Shown here piece after piece: positions 17,652 to 28,045 of a stretch of DNA of 64,000 bases (position 1 is its first letter; each line of letters begins with the position of its first letter). Below the pieces are notes generated by a model. That model worked only from the letters and a program-made list of their open reading frames with translations, was not told where the DNA came from and ran no database searches. The stretch is from assembly GCA_963836805.1 (NCBI GenBank), contig CAWIKK010000001.1, positions 702,758 through 766,757 of the forward strand, in the 5' to 3' direction. The translations under genes and the position numbers were made by a program. The DNA is from an uncultured Gammaproteobacteria bacterium. GTDB taxonomy: Bacteria > Pseudomonadota > Gammaproteobacteria > Steroidobacterales > Steroidobacteraceae.

Positions 17652-18623
17652 TCATCGGGGTTTGGAGGGTTCCGTTGCAGCGGGCTTGGCTGCCTTGATT
17701 AACACGGTTTTTTCCAACCCTTCCGGCGGAACGCGCACCAGCAGCCGGTTGGTTGCGCTGCCGGCATCCGCCAAGTCGATTCCCGGCGCCACGGTCTCGG
17801 GCGTGTCGGCGGTGGTCCGCGCGGTTGTCGTTTCGGCGGGAGCGACGGCTTCGAGTACCAATACGGCAACACGGCGATTTGCGTTGCGCCCCTCGGCGGA
17901 GTTGTTTGGCTGACGGGGATGAAACTCCCCGAAGCCGACGATCTCGAGCCGCAGCGGATCGATCCCCTGCCTGGTGAACTGATGCACCACGCTGGCGGCG
18001 CGCGCCGCCGACAATTCCCAATTCGATGGAAACGCGCCGGTGTGAATCGGCCGATCGTCTGTATGGCCTTCCACCCGGATCGGATTGGGAAAGGGCTTCA
18101 ACACGTCGGCAAGTTTGTCGAGCACCGGCTCGGCGGACGCGGAGAAAGCACCCGACCCGCTGGAGAACAAGATATCGGTGTTGATCTCGATTTCCAACCA
18201 CATGTTCTCTCGGCGCACCGTGATCAGCTTGGCATCGATCAACGCGCGCATGGCATCCTGAACCTCGCGCTCCATGCGAATCAACGACCCGGGAATGGCC
18301 GCAGGCGGGGGCGGCGGCATCGGACGCACCGCCTCCTCCTGGCCCCTGATTTTGATCAGTGCGGTGGGCGTAATGCCGATCAAGGGCTTGTCGCCTCCCT
18401 TGCCGGGCTCCGGTTCGCCCATGTTCAGCGGGCGCATGCTCTTGGGCGCGCCGTTGAAGGCGGCGATCATGGCGTCCGAGAGCACGCGAAATTTGCCCTC
18501 GTTCACCGACGACATTGCATACATGACGGTGAACAATGCGAACAGCAGCGTAACCAGATCGCCGTAGGGAATGGCCCACGCCTCGTGATTCACATGATCT
18601 TCGTGCTTTTTCTTGCGGGCCAT
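17652..18623 (-). CDS. motB: Flagellar stator protein MotB/MotD (323 aa, OmpA-like C-domain)
   Basis: MARKKKHEDHVNHEAWAIPYGDLVTLLFALFTVMY carries the plug/TM with the conserved Asp. OmpA-like region RVEGHTDDRPI..NRRVAVLV. Follows motA. Confidence 0.88.
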   Translation of the reverse strand: MARKKKHEDHVNHEAWAIPYGDLVTLLFALFTVMYAMSSVNEGKFRVLSDAMIAAFNGAPKSMRPLNMGEPEPGKGGDKPLIGITPTALIKIRGQEEAVRPMPPPPPAAIPGSLIRMEREVQDAMRALIDAKLITVRRENMWLEIEINTDILFSSGSGAFSASAEPVLDKLADVLKPFPNPIRVEGHTDDRPIHTGAFPSNWELSAARAASVVHQFTRQGIDPLRLEIVGFGEFHPRQPNNSAEGRNANRRVAVLVLEAVAPAETTTARTTADTPETVAPGIDLADAGSATNRLLVRVPPEGLEKTVLIKAAKPAATEPSKPR

Positions 18624-18646
18624 GGTTAGGTGCTCGGACGGGCGCT

Positions 18647-19390
18647 TTAGTGGTGAAAGTACCCTTGCAATTTCGACTCGATGTTGCGTGGATTCTCGCC
18701 CTGCGCGATGGCGATGAGCCCTTCGATCACCATGGTGCGAACCTGCGATTGACCGTGAATGACGGCCTTGAGCTTGTTGCCCATCGGCAGGAACAAAAGA
18801 TTGGCGAATGCGATGCCGTAGATCGTCGCAATGAAAGCCGCGGCGATGCCATGGCCTAATTTCGAGGGATCATTGAGGTTCTGCATGACCGCCATCAATC
18901 CCATGACCGCGCCGATGATGCCCAAGGTCGGCGAGTACACCCCCATGGATTCGAATACCTTCGCGGCCTGCGTGTCGAAGTGCTCCATGGTGTCCAATTC
19001 GATTTCCATGCTGGAACGAATTGCATCCGGTTCGCCGCCGTCCACCAGCGATTGCAGTCCCTTCTTCAGAAACTGGTCCTTTTCCCCTTCGACCGCGGAT
19101 TCCAAGCCCAGCAGTCCCTGCTTGCGCGCCACATTGCTCCACTCGACAATCTTTTCGATCATGCCCGCGGGATTGTTGGGCGGCGGCTTGAACACCCAGG
19201 AGGCGATTTTCCATGCACGCAAGAAGGTGGCCATCGGTGTTTGCACCAGACTGGCGGCCAGCGTGCCGACGACCACGATGACGAAAGCGGCGCTGCCGAC
19301 CAATGCGCCGGCACTGCTGCCCTTCAAGATCGCTCCGCCGATGATTGCTATCAGCGCAAGCACGATGCCGATGATGCTTAAAATATCCAT
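18647..19390 (-). CDS. motA: Flagellar stator protein MotA/PomA family (247 aa)
   Basis: Four TM segments with the conserved GVYSPTLGIIGAVMGLM and AAFIATIYGIAFANLLFLP regions. Confidence 0.88.
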   Translation of the reverse strand: MDILSIIGIVLALIAIIGGAILKGSSAGALVGSAAFVIVVVGTLAASLVQTPMATFLRAWKIASWVFKPPPNNPAGMIEKIVEWSNVARKQGLLGLESAVEGEKDQFLKKGLQSLVDGGEPDAIRSSMEIELDTMEHFDTQAAKVFESMGVYSPTLGIIGAVMGLMAVMQNLNDPSKLGHGIAAAFIATIYGIAFANLLFLPMGNKLKAVIHGQSQVRTMVIEGLIAIAQGENPRNIESKLQGYFHH

Positions 19391-19393
19391 GGA

Positions 19394-20176
19394 TCAAGCC
19401 GGCGCCAGCCACTCCGCCAACCGCGCCCGCAAGCGTACCAAGGCCTGACCATGGATCTGGCACACGCGCGACTCCGAAACCTCAAGCACCTCGCCAATTT
19501 CCCGCAGATTCATATCGTCGTCGTAGTACAGCGAGAGCACCAGCTTCTCGCGCTCGGGCAGTAGGCCGATGGCGGAGGCCAGCGCGCCGCGAAAACCGGC
19601 ATGCTCCATGTCGTCCAGAGGCCCAGGCCCCTCGTCGCGCGCATGGTCGGCGGGACTTGATTCATCTTCGCTCGATCCCATCTGATCGAAACTGAACAGC
19701 CGGCAGCTCGCCGCGTCCTGCACCAGCTTGTGATATTCCTCGATGGACACGCCGAGACCCTCGGCGATGTCAGTCGGTGTCGCGTCCTGTCCTTTCGCGT
19801 TCTCGATCTTACGGATCACGTCGGACATCTCGCGCATGTTTCGATGCACCGAGCGGGGCGTCCAATCGGATTTTCGCACCTCATCGAGCATGGCGCCGCG
19901 TATGCGAATGCCGGCGTAGGTTTCGAAATTCGCGCCCTTGGTGGCGGAATAGTGTTTGGCGGCGTCCAACAGGCCGATCATGCCGGACTGGATCAAATCG
20001 TCGACTTCCACATTCGGCGGCATGCGGCTGACCAGGTGGTAGGCAATGCGCTTCACCAAATCGGCGTGCCGGAGCACCAATTCCTGCTGGGGCACCTGAT
20101 CGACCGGGATGTGATCATCCGCAAGCGGTTTTGTGCCGCGTTTTTGAGTGTTCGAGTACTGTGTGCTTGCTCTCAT
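19394..20176 (-). CDS. fliA: Flagellar sigma factor FliA (sigma28), 260 aa
   Basis: Sigma70 regions 2-4 are present (DLIQSGMIGLLDAAKHY; LNLREIGEVLEVSESRVCQIHGQAL). ATGA overlap with the flhG stop. Confidence 0.92.
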   Translation of the reverse strand: MRASTQYSNTQKRGTKPLADDHIPVDQVPQQELVLRHADLVKRIAYHLVSRMPPNVEVDDLIQSGMIGLLDAAKHYSATKGANFETYAGIRIRGAMLDEVRKSDWTPRSVHRNMREMSDVIRKIENAKGQDATPTDIAEGLGVSIEEYHKLVQDAASCRLFSFDQMGSSEDESSPADHARDEGPGPLDDMEHAGFRGALASAIGLLPEREKLVLSLYYDDDMNLREIGEVLEVSESRVCQIHGQALVRLRARLAEWLAPA

Positions 20177-21102
20177 TGCAATACCGTCGAGGGGGCGATC
20201 CGGGCCCCCACCATTCGTTCGACAAAGAACTCAAGGTGACCTCTTGCCCCTTGGGGCGCAGACCACTTATCGGCTTTAGAGGCCAGATTCTTGAGGGCAA
20301 TGGAGGAAATTGATGCCGGGTAGGCGTCCACGACCGCCGTCTGCCGCTGCACGGCACGCCGCAAGTAGTCGTCAAACGGAATGGAACCGGCGAACTCCAG
20401 GGTCACATTGAGAAATCGGTCACAAACGCGCTTGATTTTCTGGAATAGATCGGGTCCCTCGCCGGACCTGCGGGTCTGATTCGCCAATACCTGAAATCGC
20501 TGCACGCCATGCTCGCGGCTCAGTACCTTGATCAGCGCATAGGCGTCGGTGATCGAAGCCGGTTCGTCGCAAACGACGACGAGCACGTGATGGGCCGCCT
20601 GACTGAAGGTCATGACGCTGTCGTGCAGGCCGGCGGCGGTATCGACCACCAGCACCTCGACCTGATGGTACAAATCGCTGAATGCGCGAATGATCCCGGC
20701 ATGCTCGGCAGCGGTCAGCGCCGCCATGCGCTTGATGCCGGAGGCCGCCGGTACGATTTGCAGCCCGTGCGGGCCCGTGACGATCGCATCTTCCAGCGCG
20801 CACTCGCCCTGGATGACATTCCCCAGATGAAACCGGGTGTGCAAACCAAGCACCACGTCCACGTTGGCAAGCCCCAGATCGGCGTCCACCAGCATGACGT
20901 CGCGGCCCGCGGCGGCGATGGACACGGCCAAATTGGCGGACACCGTGGTCTTGCCGACGCCGCCCTTGCCGCCTGTCACCGCGATGACCTTTACCGGACG
21001 CGAGGCATTGAGTTCAGCGAGCGCCTCGGCGCGCTCAGGGGTGAGTCTGGCGTCACGCATGCGCCGGTGCTCCGCCGAAATTGCGTGCGAAATACGCTTC
21101 AT
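20173..21102 (-). CDS. flhG: MinD-like ATPase FlhG/FleN (flagellar number regulator)
   Basis: Deviant Walker A VTGGKGGVGKTTVSANLA. Position flhF-flhG-fliA. The true start may be internal, since the track start overlaps flhF by 50 nt. Confidence 0.88.
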   Translation of the reverse strand: MKRISHAISAEHRRMRDARLTPERAEALAELNASRPVKVIAVTGGKGGVGKTTVSANLAVSIAAAGRDVMLVDADLGLANVDVVLGLHTRFHLGNVIQGECALEDAIVTGPHGLQIVPAASGIKRMAALTAAEHAGIIRAFSDLYHQVEVLVVDTAAGLHDSVMTFSQAAHHVLVVVCDEPASITDAYALIKVLSREHGVQRFQVLANQTRRSGEGPDLFQKIKRVCDRFLNVTLEFAGSIPFDDYLRRAVQRQTAVVDAYPASISSIALKNLASKADKWSAPQGARGHLEFFVERMVGARIAPSTVLQ

Positions 21103-22279
21103 CGCGCGCCGTGGGCGAACTTTGGCCGAGCGCGGCAGCGGCGCGCACCAGCCAGATTCGCTTCAGATGCGATGCGTGCAGGTCTTCCGGAATGCGCTGG
21201 CCATTGCAAACGTAGGCGATCTTCAGCTTGTGCCGCAGCACGGTGGAAAGCGCGGCGCCGAGACTGGCCGCTTCATCGACCTTGGTGAGGATGCAAGCGG
21301 CCGGCTTCACCCGCACGAAGGCGCAGACGATTTCGTCCAACGTCTGGCCCTCGGCTTGCGCCGGAAGCGCCAGCAGGACGCGGGCGCGCGCGGCGCCATA
21401 CTTCAGCGAGGCCAGTTGTTCGGTGAGACGGACGTCGCGCGGACCCATGCCGGCGGTGTCGATTAAGATCAGCTTCTTGGCTTTGAGGCGCTCGAGCACG
21501 CGGGCCAGTTCCTTGGCGCCGCTCGCCGCATGCATGGGCGCACCCAGAATCCGTGCATAAGTCATCAGTTGCTCGCGCGCGCCGACTCGGTAGCCGTCCG
21601 TACTGACCAGCGCCAGGTCCTGACTGCCATGCTGCAGGCACCAGCGCGCGGCGAGCTTGGCGATGGTCGTGGTTTTGCCGGCACCGGTCGGCCCCACCAC
21701 GGCGGTGATGCCGCCGGCGAGACAGGTCGGATCATTGACGATCGGCAGATGCCTGGCGAGCAATGCCAGGGGGATGTGCGAGGGATTGTCCAGGCTGGTG
21801 CGCTGCGGGGTGAGTTCGGCCAGCGACAGGGCCACATCGGGAGCAATGTCCATCGCCGTCAGTTCCTCCAGCACCCTTGCCTTCAAGGGTTCGCGTAAAC
21901 GCCTGTCGTTCCACGTCATGCCCGCCAATCCGGTCTCGAGCATGCGGCGCATCACCTGCAATTCGTGCTGCATGGCGCCGTATCCTGAATCCGCGGGCGC
22001 GCGGGCTGCCGCGGATATTCGTGCTGCCGGAGGGGCCGGCGGCGGCGCCGGCTGCGGCGATATCGGCGCCGTGTCCAGGGCGGGCGAAGCGATGAGCGGC
22101 GCCGTCCGCTGACGCTTCGCGTCGGCAAAAAGCGCCTCGTCGTAATCGACGGCGGCGATAACTTCGATGCCGTCGTCGCCGCGACGGCTCGAGAGGATGA
22201 CGGCATCCGGTCCTTGCTCCGCCCTTACCAGGGCGAGAGCGGCGCGCATGCTGCCTGCCGTGTATCGCTTGATCTTCAT
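21053..22279 (-). CDS. flhF: Flagellar biosynthesis GTPase FlhF (SRP-type), 408 aa
   Basis: G-domain VVGPTGAGKTTTIAKLA, DTAGM, TKVDE motifs. Follows flhA. Confidence 0.9.
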   Translation of the reverse strand: MKIKRYTAGSMRAALALVRAEQGPDAVILSSRRGDDGIEVIAAVDYDEALFADAKRQRTAPLIASPALDTAPISPQPAPPPAPPAARISAAARAPADSGYGAMQHELQVMRRMLETGLAGMTWNDRRLREPLKARVLEELTAMDIAPDVALSLAELTPQRTSLDNPSHIPLALLARHLPIVNDPTCLAGGITAVVGPTGAGKTTTIAKLAARWCLQHGSQDLALVSTDGYRVGAREQLMTYARILGAPMHAASGAKELARVLERLKAKKLILIDTAGMGPRDVRLTEQLASLKYGAARARVLLALPAQAEGQTLDEIVCAFVRVKPAACILTKVDEAASLGAALSTVLRHKLKIAYVCNGQRIPEDLHASHLKRIWLVRAAAALGQSSPTARDEAYFARNFGGAPAHA

Positions 22280-22306
22280 GTCAACCTCCGTGAATCAGTC
22301 AAATCT

Positions 22307-24388
22307 CTAGCGGCCCACCGCCGCAATCACGCGGATGCGGCGGTTTTCCGGAATTTCGTTGTAGGCCAGCACCGATAGCGACGGCGTGGAATGGCGCATC
22401 AAGCGCGCGATCCAGGGACGAATTTTCGGCGCCACCAAAAGCACGGCCGGTTCGCCGGCCGCGTCCTGGCGGCGGGCGCTGTCGCCCAAAGCCGTTTGTA
22501 TCCGGTCCGCCAGTCCAGGCTCGAATCCCGGGGAGGCATCGCCGCCGCCCGCCATCGAGTCTTGCAGCACCTGCTCCAGCGCGGGATCCAATGTTATGAC
22601 CGGCAGTTCCTGACGCAGACCGCCGATGTTTTGCACGATGGTGCGGCCCAGTGCGATGCGCACGGCGGCCACCAAAGCGACCGGATCCTGCGTCTTGGGC
22701 GCGAGTTCCGCGAGCGTCTCGCAGATGGTGCGCAGATTGCGGATCGGCACGCGTTCCAACAACAAATACTGCAGCACCTTGACCACCACGCTCATCGGCA
22801 AGAGCTTCGGTACCAGGTCCTCGATGAGCTTGGGCGCGGTCTTGCCCAGGCGGTTCAACAGCTGCTGCACTTCCTCATGGCCGAGCAATTCGTGAGCGTG
22901 CGATTGCAGCAGATGGCTCAAGTGGGTGGCGATGACGCTGCCGGCATCCACCACCGTGTAGCCCTGCGCTTGCGCTTGTTCGCGCCGGACCTTGTCGATC
23001 CAAATTGCCTCCAGTCCGAAGGCCGGATCCTTGGTGGCCGATCCTTGTATGGTGCCGGACACCTGTCCAGGGTTGATCGCCAGTTCGCGATCTGGAAAGA
23101 CCTCGGACTCGCCCACCGGCGCGCCGAGGATGGTGATCCGGTAGGAGTTCGGGCCGAGTTCCAGATTGTCGCGGATGTGCACGGCTTGAACGAGAAATCC
23201 GAGTTCTTCCGATAGTTTCTTGCGCACTCCCTTGATGCGTCCCATGAGTTCGCCGCCCTGATTGCGGTCCACCAAGGGGATCAGGCGATAGCCCACCTCC
23301 AAGCCAATCAGGTCCACTGCCTCGACATCGTCCCACGACAATTCCTTCTGCTCCGCCGGCGTTGCCGGCGACACGTTCGGTACTGCGGCGGCCTCAATCG
23401 TTGCCAGGGGCCGTCTGGTCAACAGGTAGGCGCCGGTCGCGCACACCGCCGCCATGGCGAGAAAAACGAAATTCGGCATGCCGGGAATGATGCCGAGCAG
23501 CGCCAGGATGCCGCTGGTGACGCCGAGTGCGCGAGGCTGACCCAGCACCTGCGACATGATCTGCTGACTCATGTCGTGCGGCCGCGAGACGCGGGTTACC
23601 AATATGGCCACCGCCACCGACAAGAGCAGTGCCGGAATCTGCGCCACCAAACCATCGCCGATGGTGAGCAAGGCATAGGTGCGGCCCGCGTCCGCCAGCG
23701 ACATGCCATGTTGGGCCGCGCCGATGATGGCGCCGCCGAACAGGTTGATGAACACGATCAGAATGCCGGCGACGGCATCGCCGCGCACAAACTTGCTGGC
23801 GCCGTCCATCGCGCCGTAAAAGTCGCCCTCCTCGCGAACTTCCTGGCGCCGCACGATGGCGTCGGCCTGTGTGATGATTCCCGCGTTCAAATCGGCATCG
23901 ATCGCCATTTGCCGGCCGGGCATCGCGTCCAAGGTGAAGCGCGCGCTGACTTCCGAGATGCGCCCGGCGCCCTTGGTGATCACGACGAAGTTGATGATCA
24001 CCAACACCGTGAACACCACCATGCCGACGGCGTAGTTGCCGCCGACCACGAAGTGGCCGAAAGCGGCGATTACGTGGCCGGCGGCCTGCGCGCCGGTGTG
24101 GCCGTTAATCAGCACGATGCGGGTCGAGGCGACGTTGAGTCCGAGCCGCAGCAGCGTCGCACCCAGCAGTACGGTCGGAAAAGCCGCGAACTCCAGCGCG
24201 CGCCGCACGTAGATCACCGCCAGCAAGATCATCAACGACAAAGAGATGTTGAATGTGAAAAAAACGTCCAGCAAGAATGCCGGCAGCGGCAGCACCATCA
24301 TGGCGAGCACCACCATCACCAGCAGCGGCACTCCGAGGCCGTTGCGGGCGAATTCGCCGAAAGTCGCCGCTGCTGCGCGCGCGTTCAT
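22307..24388 (-). CDS. flhA: Flagellar export apparatus protein FlhA (693 aa)
   Basis: Full-length FHIPEP family protein; it contains the conserved motif ITKGAGRISEVSARFTLDAMPG. Confidence 0.97.
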   Translation of the reverse strand: MNARAAAATFGEFARNGLGVPLLVMVVLAMMVLPLPAFLLDVFFTFNISLSLMILLAVIYVRRALEFAAFPTVLLGATLLRLGLNVASTRIVLINGHTGAQAAGHVIAAFGHFVVGGNYAVGMVVFTVLVIINFVVITKGAGRISEVSARFTLDAMPGRQMAIDADLNAGIITQADAIVRRQEVREEGDFYGAMDGASKFVRGDAVAGILIVFINLFGGAIIGAAQHGMSLADAGRTYALLTIGDGLVAQIPALLLSVAVAILVTRVSRPHDMSQQIMSQVLGQPRALGVTSGILALLGIIPGMPNFVFLAMAAVCATGAYLLTRRPLATIEAAAVPNVSPATPAEQKELSWDDVEAVDLIGLEVGYRLIPLVDRNQGGELMGRIKGVRKKLSEELGFLVQAVHIRDNLELGPNSYRITILGAPVGESEVFPDRELAINPGQVSGTIQGSATKDPAFGLEAIWIDKVRREQAQAQGYTVVDAGSVIATHLSHLLQSHAHELLGHEEVQQLLNRLGKTAPKLIEDLVPKLLPMSVVVKVLQYLLLERVPIRNLRTICETLAELAPKTQDPVALVAAVRIALGRTIVQNIGGLRQELPVITLDPALEQVLQDSMAGGGDASPGFEPGLADRIQTALGDSARRQDAAGEPAVLLVAPKIRPWIARLMRHSTPSLSVLAYNEIPENRRIRVIAAVGR

Positions 24389-25515
24389 GCGTCTAGGTAC
24401 TCATCGCCGACCTTGGGATTGGGTCGCGCCACGCGCGCCGCAACGGTCGGATTCAGGGTGCGGACGCGGAAGATGTACGAGAGCACCTGCGCGACGGCGA
24501 CGTACAGGCCATTTGGAATCTCCTTGTTCAAGTCGGTCGAGCGATATAGTGCGCGCGCCAGCCTCGGCGCCTCGAACACCGGTACGCGGTGCTCCTCGGC
24601 GATGCGGCGTATGTTGTGCGCGACCAGATCAACGCCCTTCGCCAAGACCACCGGCGCCCGCATTTTCTTCGGATCGTATTTGAGCGCCACCGCGAAGTGC
24701 GTCGGGTTGACGATCACCACATCGGCGGTGGGTATTTTGTGCATCATGCGGCGGCGCGCCAGGGCCTGCTGCATCTGGCGTATGCGCTGCTTGGTTTCCG
24801 GCCGGCCGTCCAATTCCTTGGATTCGTCGCGCAGCTCTTGGCGCGTCATACGCAGAGCGCGTTTGAACTGGAAAATCTGCAAAGGCACGTCCACGACCGC
24901 CACCAGCGCGAGCGATGCGCACAGCCACACAAAAGCCCAACTCAACAGTCCCGCGCCGCGGGAAACGGCCGCGCGCGGCGCCATCCGCGCGAGCGCCAGC
25001 ACGTCGCCGAACAACCAGGAAACGATGCCCGCGCACACCCCGCCCACGACCAGGCACTTGAGCAGGGCCTTTGCCAATTCTGAGACGCCGCGCAGACCGA
25101 ACAGGCGCTTCAAGCCGGACCCGGGGCTCAAGCGCGAAAAATCCGGCGCCAGTGCTTGCGTGCTGAAATTCCAGCCGCCCAGCGCCACGGACGCCAGCAA
25201 AACCATGGCGATGAGCGCGCCGAACACCGGAAGCACCGCGCTCACGGCGCTCATGCAGGCATCGCCAAGCGAGGCGGCCATCGAATCGGTGGTGCGCAAC
25301 GACTGTCCGTCGATGCTGAGCGATCGGCGCATCATCTGCGCCAAATGCGAGGCCGCTGTGCCCCCGACAGCAACGAGCGCGGCGCTGCCGCCGATCATGG
25401 CGGCGAAGTTGGTCAGTTCCCGCGAACGCGGCAGCTGGCCGCGCTCGCGCGCTTCTTGCAGCCGGCGTTGTGACGGTTCCTCGGTGCGTTCGCCGCCCAT
25501 TTCGGATTCGGCCAT
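24385..25515 (-). CDS. flhB: Flagellar export switch protein FlhB (376 aa)
   Basis: Conserved N-terminus EEPSQRRLQEARERGQLPRSREL and autocleavage site NPTHFAVAL. Confidence 0.95.
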   Translation of the reverse strand: MAESEMGGERTEEPSQRRLQEARERGQLPRSRELTNFAAMIGGSAALVAVGGTAASHLAQMMRRSLSIDGQSLRTTDSMAASLGDACMSAVSAVLPVFGALIAMVLLASVALGGWNFSTQALAPDFSRLSPGSGLKRLFGLRGVSELAKALLKCLVVGGVCAGIVSWLFGDVLALARMAPRAAVSRGAGLLSWAFVWLCASLALVAVVDVPLQIFQFKRALRMTRQELRDESKELDGRPETKQRIRQMQQALARRRMMHKIPTADVVIVNPTHFAVALKYDPKKMRAPVVLAKGVDLVAHNIRRIAEEHRVPVFEAPRLARALYRSTDLNKEIPNGLYVAVAQVLSYIFRVRTLNPTVAARVARPNPKVGDEYLDA

Positions 25516-26313
25516 CTAAGGCACCCCCGCGGCGGGCGCGCCGACCAGTTCCGCGACGGCCATGAGCGCGCTGTTAATAAGAGTGGCGATCCCCGCCATG
25601 ATGCCGTCGAGGCCTGCGAGCAGCACGAAAAAGCCGCCCATGAGGGTAATGGTGAAGCCGATTCCGAAGAGATTGAGTTGCGGCGCTGCGCGCGTGACGA
25701 CACCGAGCGCGAGATTGACGATGACCAGCGCGATCACCGCCGGCAGGGCGATCAGCAGTCCGGTGTCGAATACATGCGCGCCCCATAGCACCAGCGACAT
25801 GAAAAAGTCCTGCGGCAGGTGCGCGCCGATCGGCAGCGTGTGGAAGCTTTCCACCAGCGCTCCCAGCAGCAGCAAATGCCCATTGATCGCGAGATAGGTC
25901 AGGGTACCGAGGATCATGAACAGCTGGCCGAGTACGGGAACTTGCGCTCCGCGCTGCGGATCGACCAAGGTCGCAAATCCGAGACCCATGGTCAGCGAGA
26001 TGCTTTGGCCGGCGAACACCAGCGCTTCGAACGCCACCTGCACGACCATGCCGATGGCCACGCCGATGAGCAGCTCCAAAACGGCGGCGAGCATGCCCGC
26101 AGCCGAAAAGATCGACAAGCCGGCCGGGACCTGAATCAAGGGTCCCAGTAAAAAGGCCAGCGCCAGGATCAGCACGACTTTCACGAGCCCCGGCACCACG
26201 CCTTCACTGGAAACCGGTGCCGCGAGCACAAAGCCGCTGATGCGCAGCGCGGGCCACCACATGCGGCCTACCCACATCGACACGTCGGCGGAGTTCAGGG
26301 TTACGGGCTGCAT
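25516..26313 (-). CDS. fliR: Flagellar export protein FliR (265 aa)
   Basis: Polytopic membrane protein in the fliPQR-flhB order. Confidence 0.9.
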   Translation of the reverse strand: MQPVTLNSADVSMWVGRMWWPALRISGFVLAAPVSSEGVVPGLVKVVLILALAFLLGPLIQVPAGLSIFSAAGMLAAVLELLIGVAIGMVVQVAFEALVFAGQSISLTMGLGFATLVDPQRGAQVPVLGQLFMILGTLTYLAINGHLLLLGALVESFHTLPIGAHLPQDFFMSLVLWGAHVFDTGLLIALPAVIALVIVNLALGVVTRAAPQLNLFGIGFTITLMGGFFVLLAGLDGIMAGIATLINSALMAVAELVGAPAAGVP

Positions 26314-26317
26314 GCGG

Positions 26318-26587
26318 CTAGCCGATCATCGCCGGGATGCCGGCGTACAGGTCATGGGTAAAATCGATCAACACGCGCAGGATCCAAGGACCGGCGACAA
26401 ACAGAGTGAGCACCAGCATCAACAGCTTCGGAATGAAGCTCAAGGTGGACTCATTGATCTGCGTGGCCGCCTGCAGCATGCCGATCACCAGTCCGGTGAT
26501 CAGGGCGATCAGCAGCAACGGCGCCGAAATCAGCGCCGTAACCATGAGCGTCTTGTGTGCCAGATCCATGACGTTTTCCGGCGTCAT
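26318..26587 (-). CDS. fliQ: Flagellar export protein FliQ (89 aa)
   Basis: Two-TM protein containing GLVIGMLQAATQINESTLSFIPKL. Confidence 0.93.
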   Translation of the reverse strand: MTPENVMDLAHKTLMVTALISAPLLLIALITGLVIGMLQAATQINESTLSFIPKLLMLVLTLFVAGPWILRVLIDFTHDLYAGIPAMIG

Positions 26588-27342
26588 TGGTGAAAGCTCG
26601 ATGCCAGGGTGCCGATGAGGAGAGTCCAGCCGTCGACCACGACGAACAGCATGATTTTGAAGGGCAGAGAGACCAAGACCGGCGACAGCATCATCATGCC
26701 CATCGACATCAGCACGCTCGCCACCACCAGATCGATCACCAAGAACGGTATGAACACCATGAAGCCGATCTGAAAGGCGGTCTTCAGCTCGCTGGTCAGA
26801 AAGGTGGGAACCAAAACCGACAACGGCACGTCATCCGGGCTCGCGAACTGCGCCTTGCCGGAAAGCTTGGAGAACAGCTGCAGGTCATTTTCGCGCGTCT
26901 GCGCCAGCATAAATTTCTTCAGGGGCGCGACGGTTCGGTCGATCGCCACTTCGCCTGCGAGCTGGCCGTCCATATAGGGCTTCACGCCTGTTGCGTACGC
27001 TTGTTCCAATGTCGTGCCCATGACGAAGAAGGTCAGAAACAGGGCAAGCCCGGTGAGAACTTGATTGGAGGGAGTCGTCGCCATTCCCAATGCCTGCCGC
27101 AGTATCGACAGCACGATGATGATGCGCGTAAATGCCGTCATCGCCAGCAAGATGGCGGGAAGCAGCGTCAGCACCGTCATCAAAATCAGTATCTGAAATG
27201 TCAGCGAGTAGGTTTGCACGCCGTCGGCCGCGGACTTCAGCGCAACGGCGGGCAGCGCGGCTTGTGCACCTACGCCAAGCGGCAGCAGCAGCAATGCGGC
27301 GCCGATCAGGCTGCTTCGATGGCGTTTGAGAAAATGGCTCAC
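26584..27342 (-). CDS. fliP: Flagellar export protein FliP (252 aa)
   Basis: Signal peptide plus conserved FTRIIIVLSILRQALG and FMVFIPFLVIDLVVASVLMSMGMMMLSP. Confidence 0.95.
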   Translation of the reverse strand: MSHFLKRHRSSLIGAALLLLPLGVGAQAALPAVALKSAADGVQTYSLTFQILILMTVLTLLPAILLAMTAFTRIIIVLSILRQALGMATTPSNQVLTGLALFLTFFVMGTTLEQAYATGVKPYMDGQLAGEVAIDRTVAPLKKFMLAQTRENDLQLFSKLSGKAQFASPDDVPLSVLVPTFLTSELKTAFQIGFMVFIPFLVIDLVVASVLMSMGMMMLSPVLVSLPFKIMLFVVVDGWTLLIGTLASSFHQ

Positions 27343-27701
27343 GGCGTTGCGCCCGGCCTCTTCATGATGTCCCGCAAGCGCTCGGAGAACGCCGGCGGGC
27401 GGCTGGCAGCTTTGAGCGAAATCGGCTCGGCCAACGGCGTAAGCGCAACGATGCCGGCGGCGCTCACACCCACCAGCACCTGGGCCGCGCCGATGCGCAC
27501 CAATACGACGCGCTCACGCGGGCCCAAGCTCAGTTGATCGAGAACTTCGCTGTCGACTGAGCCGCGCGGAGCGTTCAACTTGAAGCGTTTCAGCACCCAG
27601 CCGATCGCCAGAATCAAAGCGACGATGGCGATCAGACTCAAGGACAGCTGCGTCAAGCTGCCGATCGACAAAGGCGAGGCGGGTTGCGCCATCGCCGTCA
27701 T
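27339..27701 (-). CDS. fliO: Flagellar protein FliO (120 aa)
   Basis: ATG at 27701 forms an ATGA overlap with the fliN stop. Single TM LSLSLIAIVALILAIGWVL. The rest of track ORF 27339..28433 overlaps fliN and fliM and is an artefactual extension. Confidence 0.7.
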   Translation of the reverse strand: MTAMAQPASPLSIGSLTQLSLSLIAIVALILAIGWVLKRFKLNAPRGSVDSEVLDQLSLGPRERVVLVRIGAAQVLVGVSAAGIVALTPLAEPISLKAASRPPAFSERLRDIMKRPGATP

Positions 27702-28045
27702 TTGGCGTGCTCCATCCTTTCCGTCTCGCTGACCACGTCGGTGAGCCGGATGCCGAATTTCTCGTTGACCACCACCACTTCGCCGCGGGCGATGCGCACG
27801 CCGTTCACCAGCACGTCGAGAGGCTCGCCCGCGAGGCGGTCGAGCTCGACCACGGAGCCCGGCGCCAGCTGCAGCAAGTCGCGAACCGACATCTTGGCGC
27901 GCCCGACCTCGAGCGCCAGCGTAACGGCGACATCGAGGATGAGTTGCAAATTCATTTCCTGTCCCGCGGCGCCGGCGGCATTCGGGCCTAAGTCGCTGAA
28001 TTGTGCACGCGCAACGGCGCCGGTCTTGAGGTCGGGAGGACTCAT
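27698..28045 (-). CDS. fliN: Flagellar motor switch protein FliN (115 aa)
   Basis: SpoA domain LQLAPGSVVELDRLAGEPLDVLVNGVRIARGEVVVVNEKFGIRLTDV. Confidence 0.92.
   Translation of the reverse strand: MSPPDLKTGAVARAQFSDLGPNAAGAAGQEMNLQLILDVAVTLALEVGRAKMSVRDLLQLAPGSVVELDRLAGEPLDVLVNGVRIARGEVVVVNEKFGIRLTDVVSETERMEHAK

Noticed and set aside
20267-20278. A sigma28-like TAAAG/GCCGATAA sequence upstream of fliA.
   Set aside because: The two half-sites are fused (TAAAGCCGATAA) instead of being separated by about 15 nt, and the site lies inside the flhG coding sequence.
23576-25519. 647-aa plus-strand ORF opposite flhA and flhB.
   Set aside because: Antisense shadow ORF with low-complexity His/Arg/Gln-rich translation. 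flhA and flhB are unambiguous.
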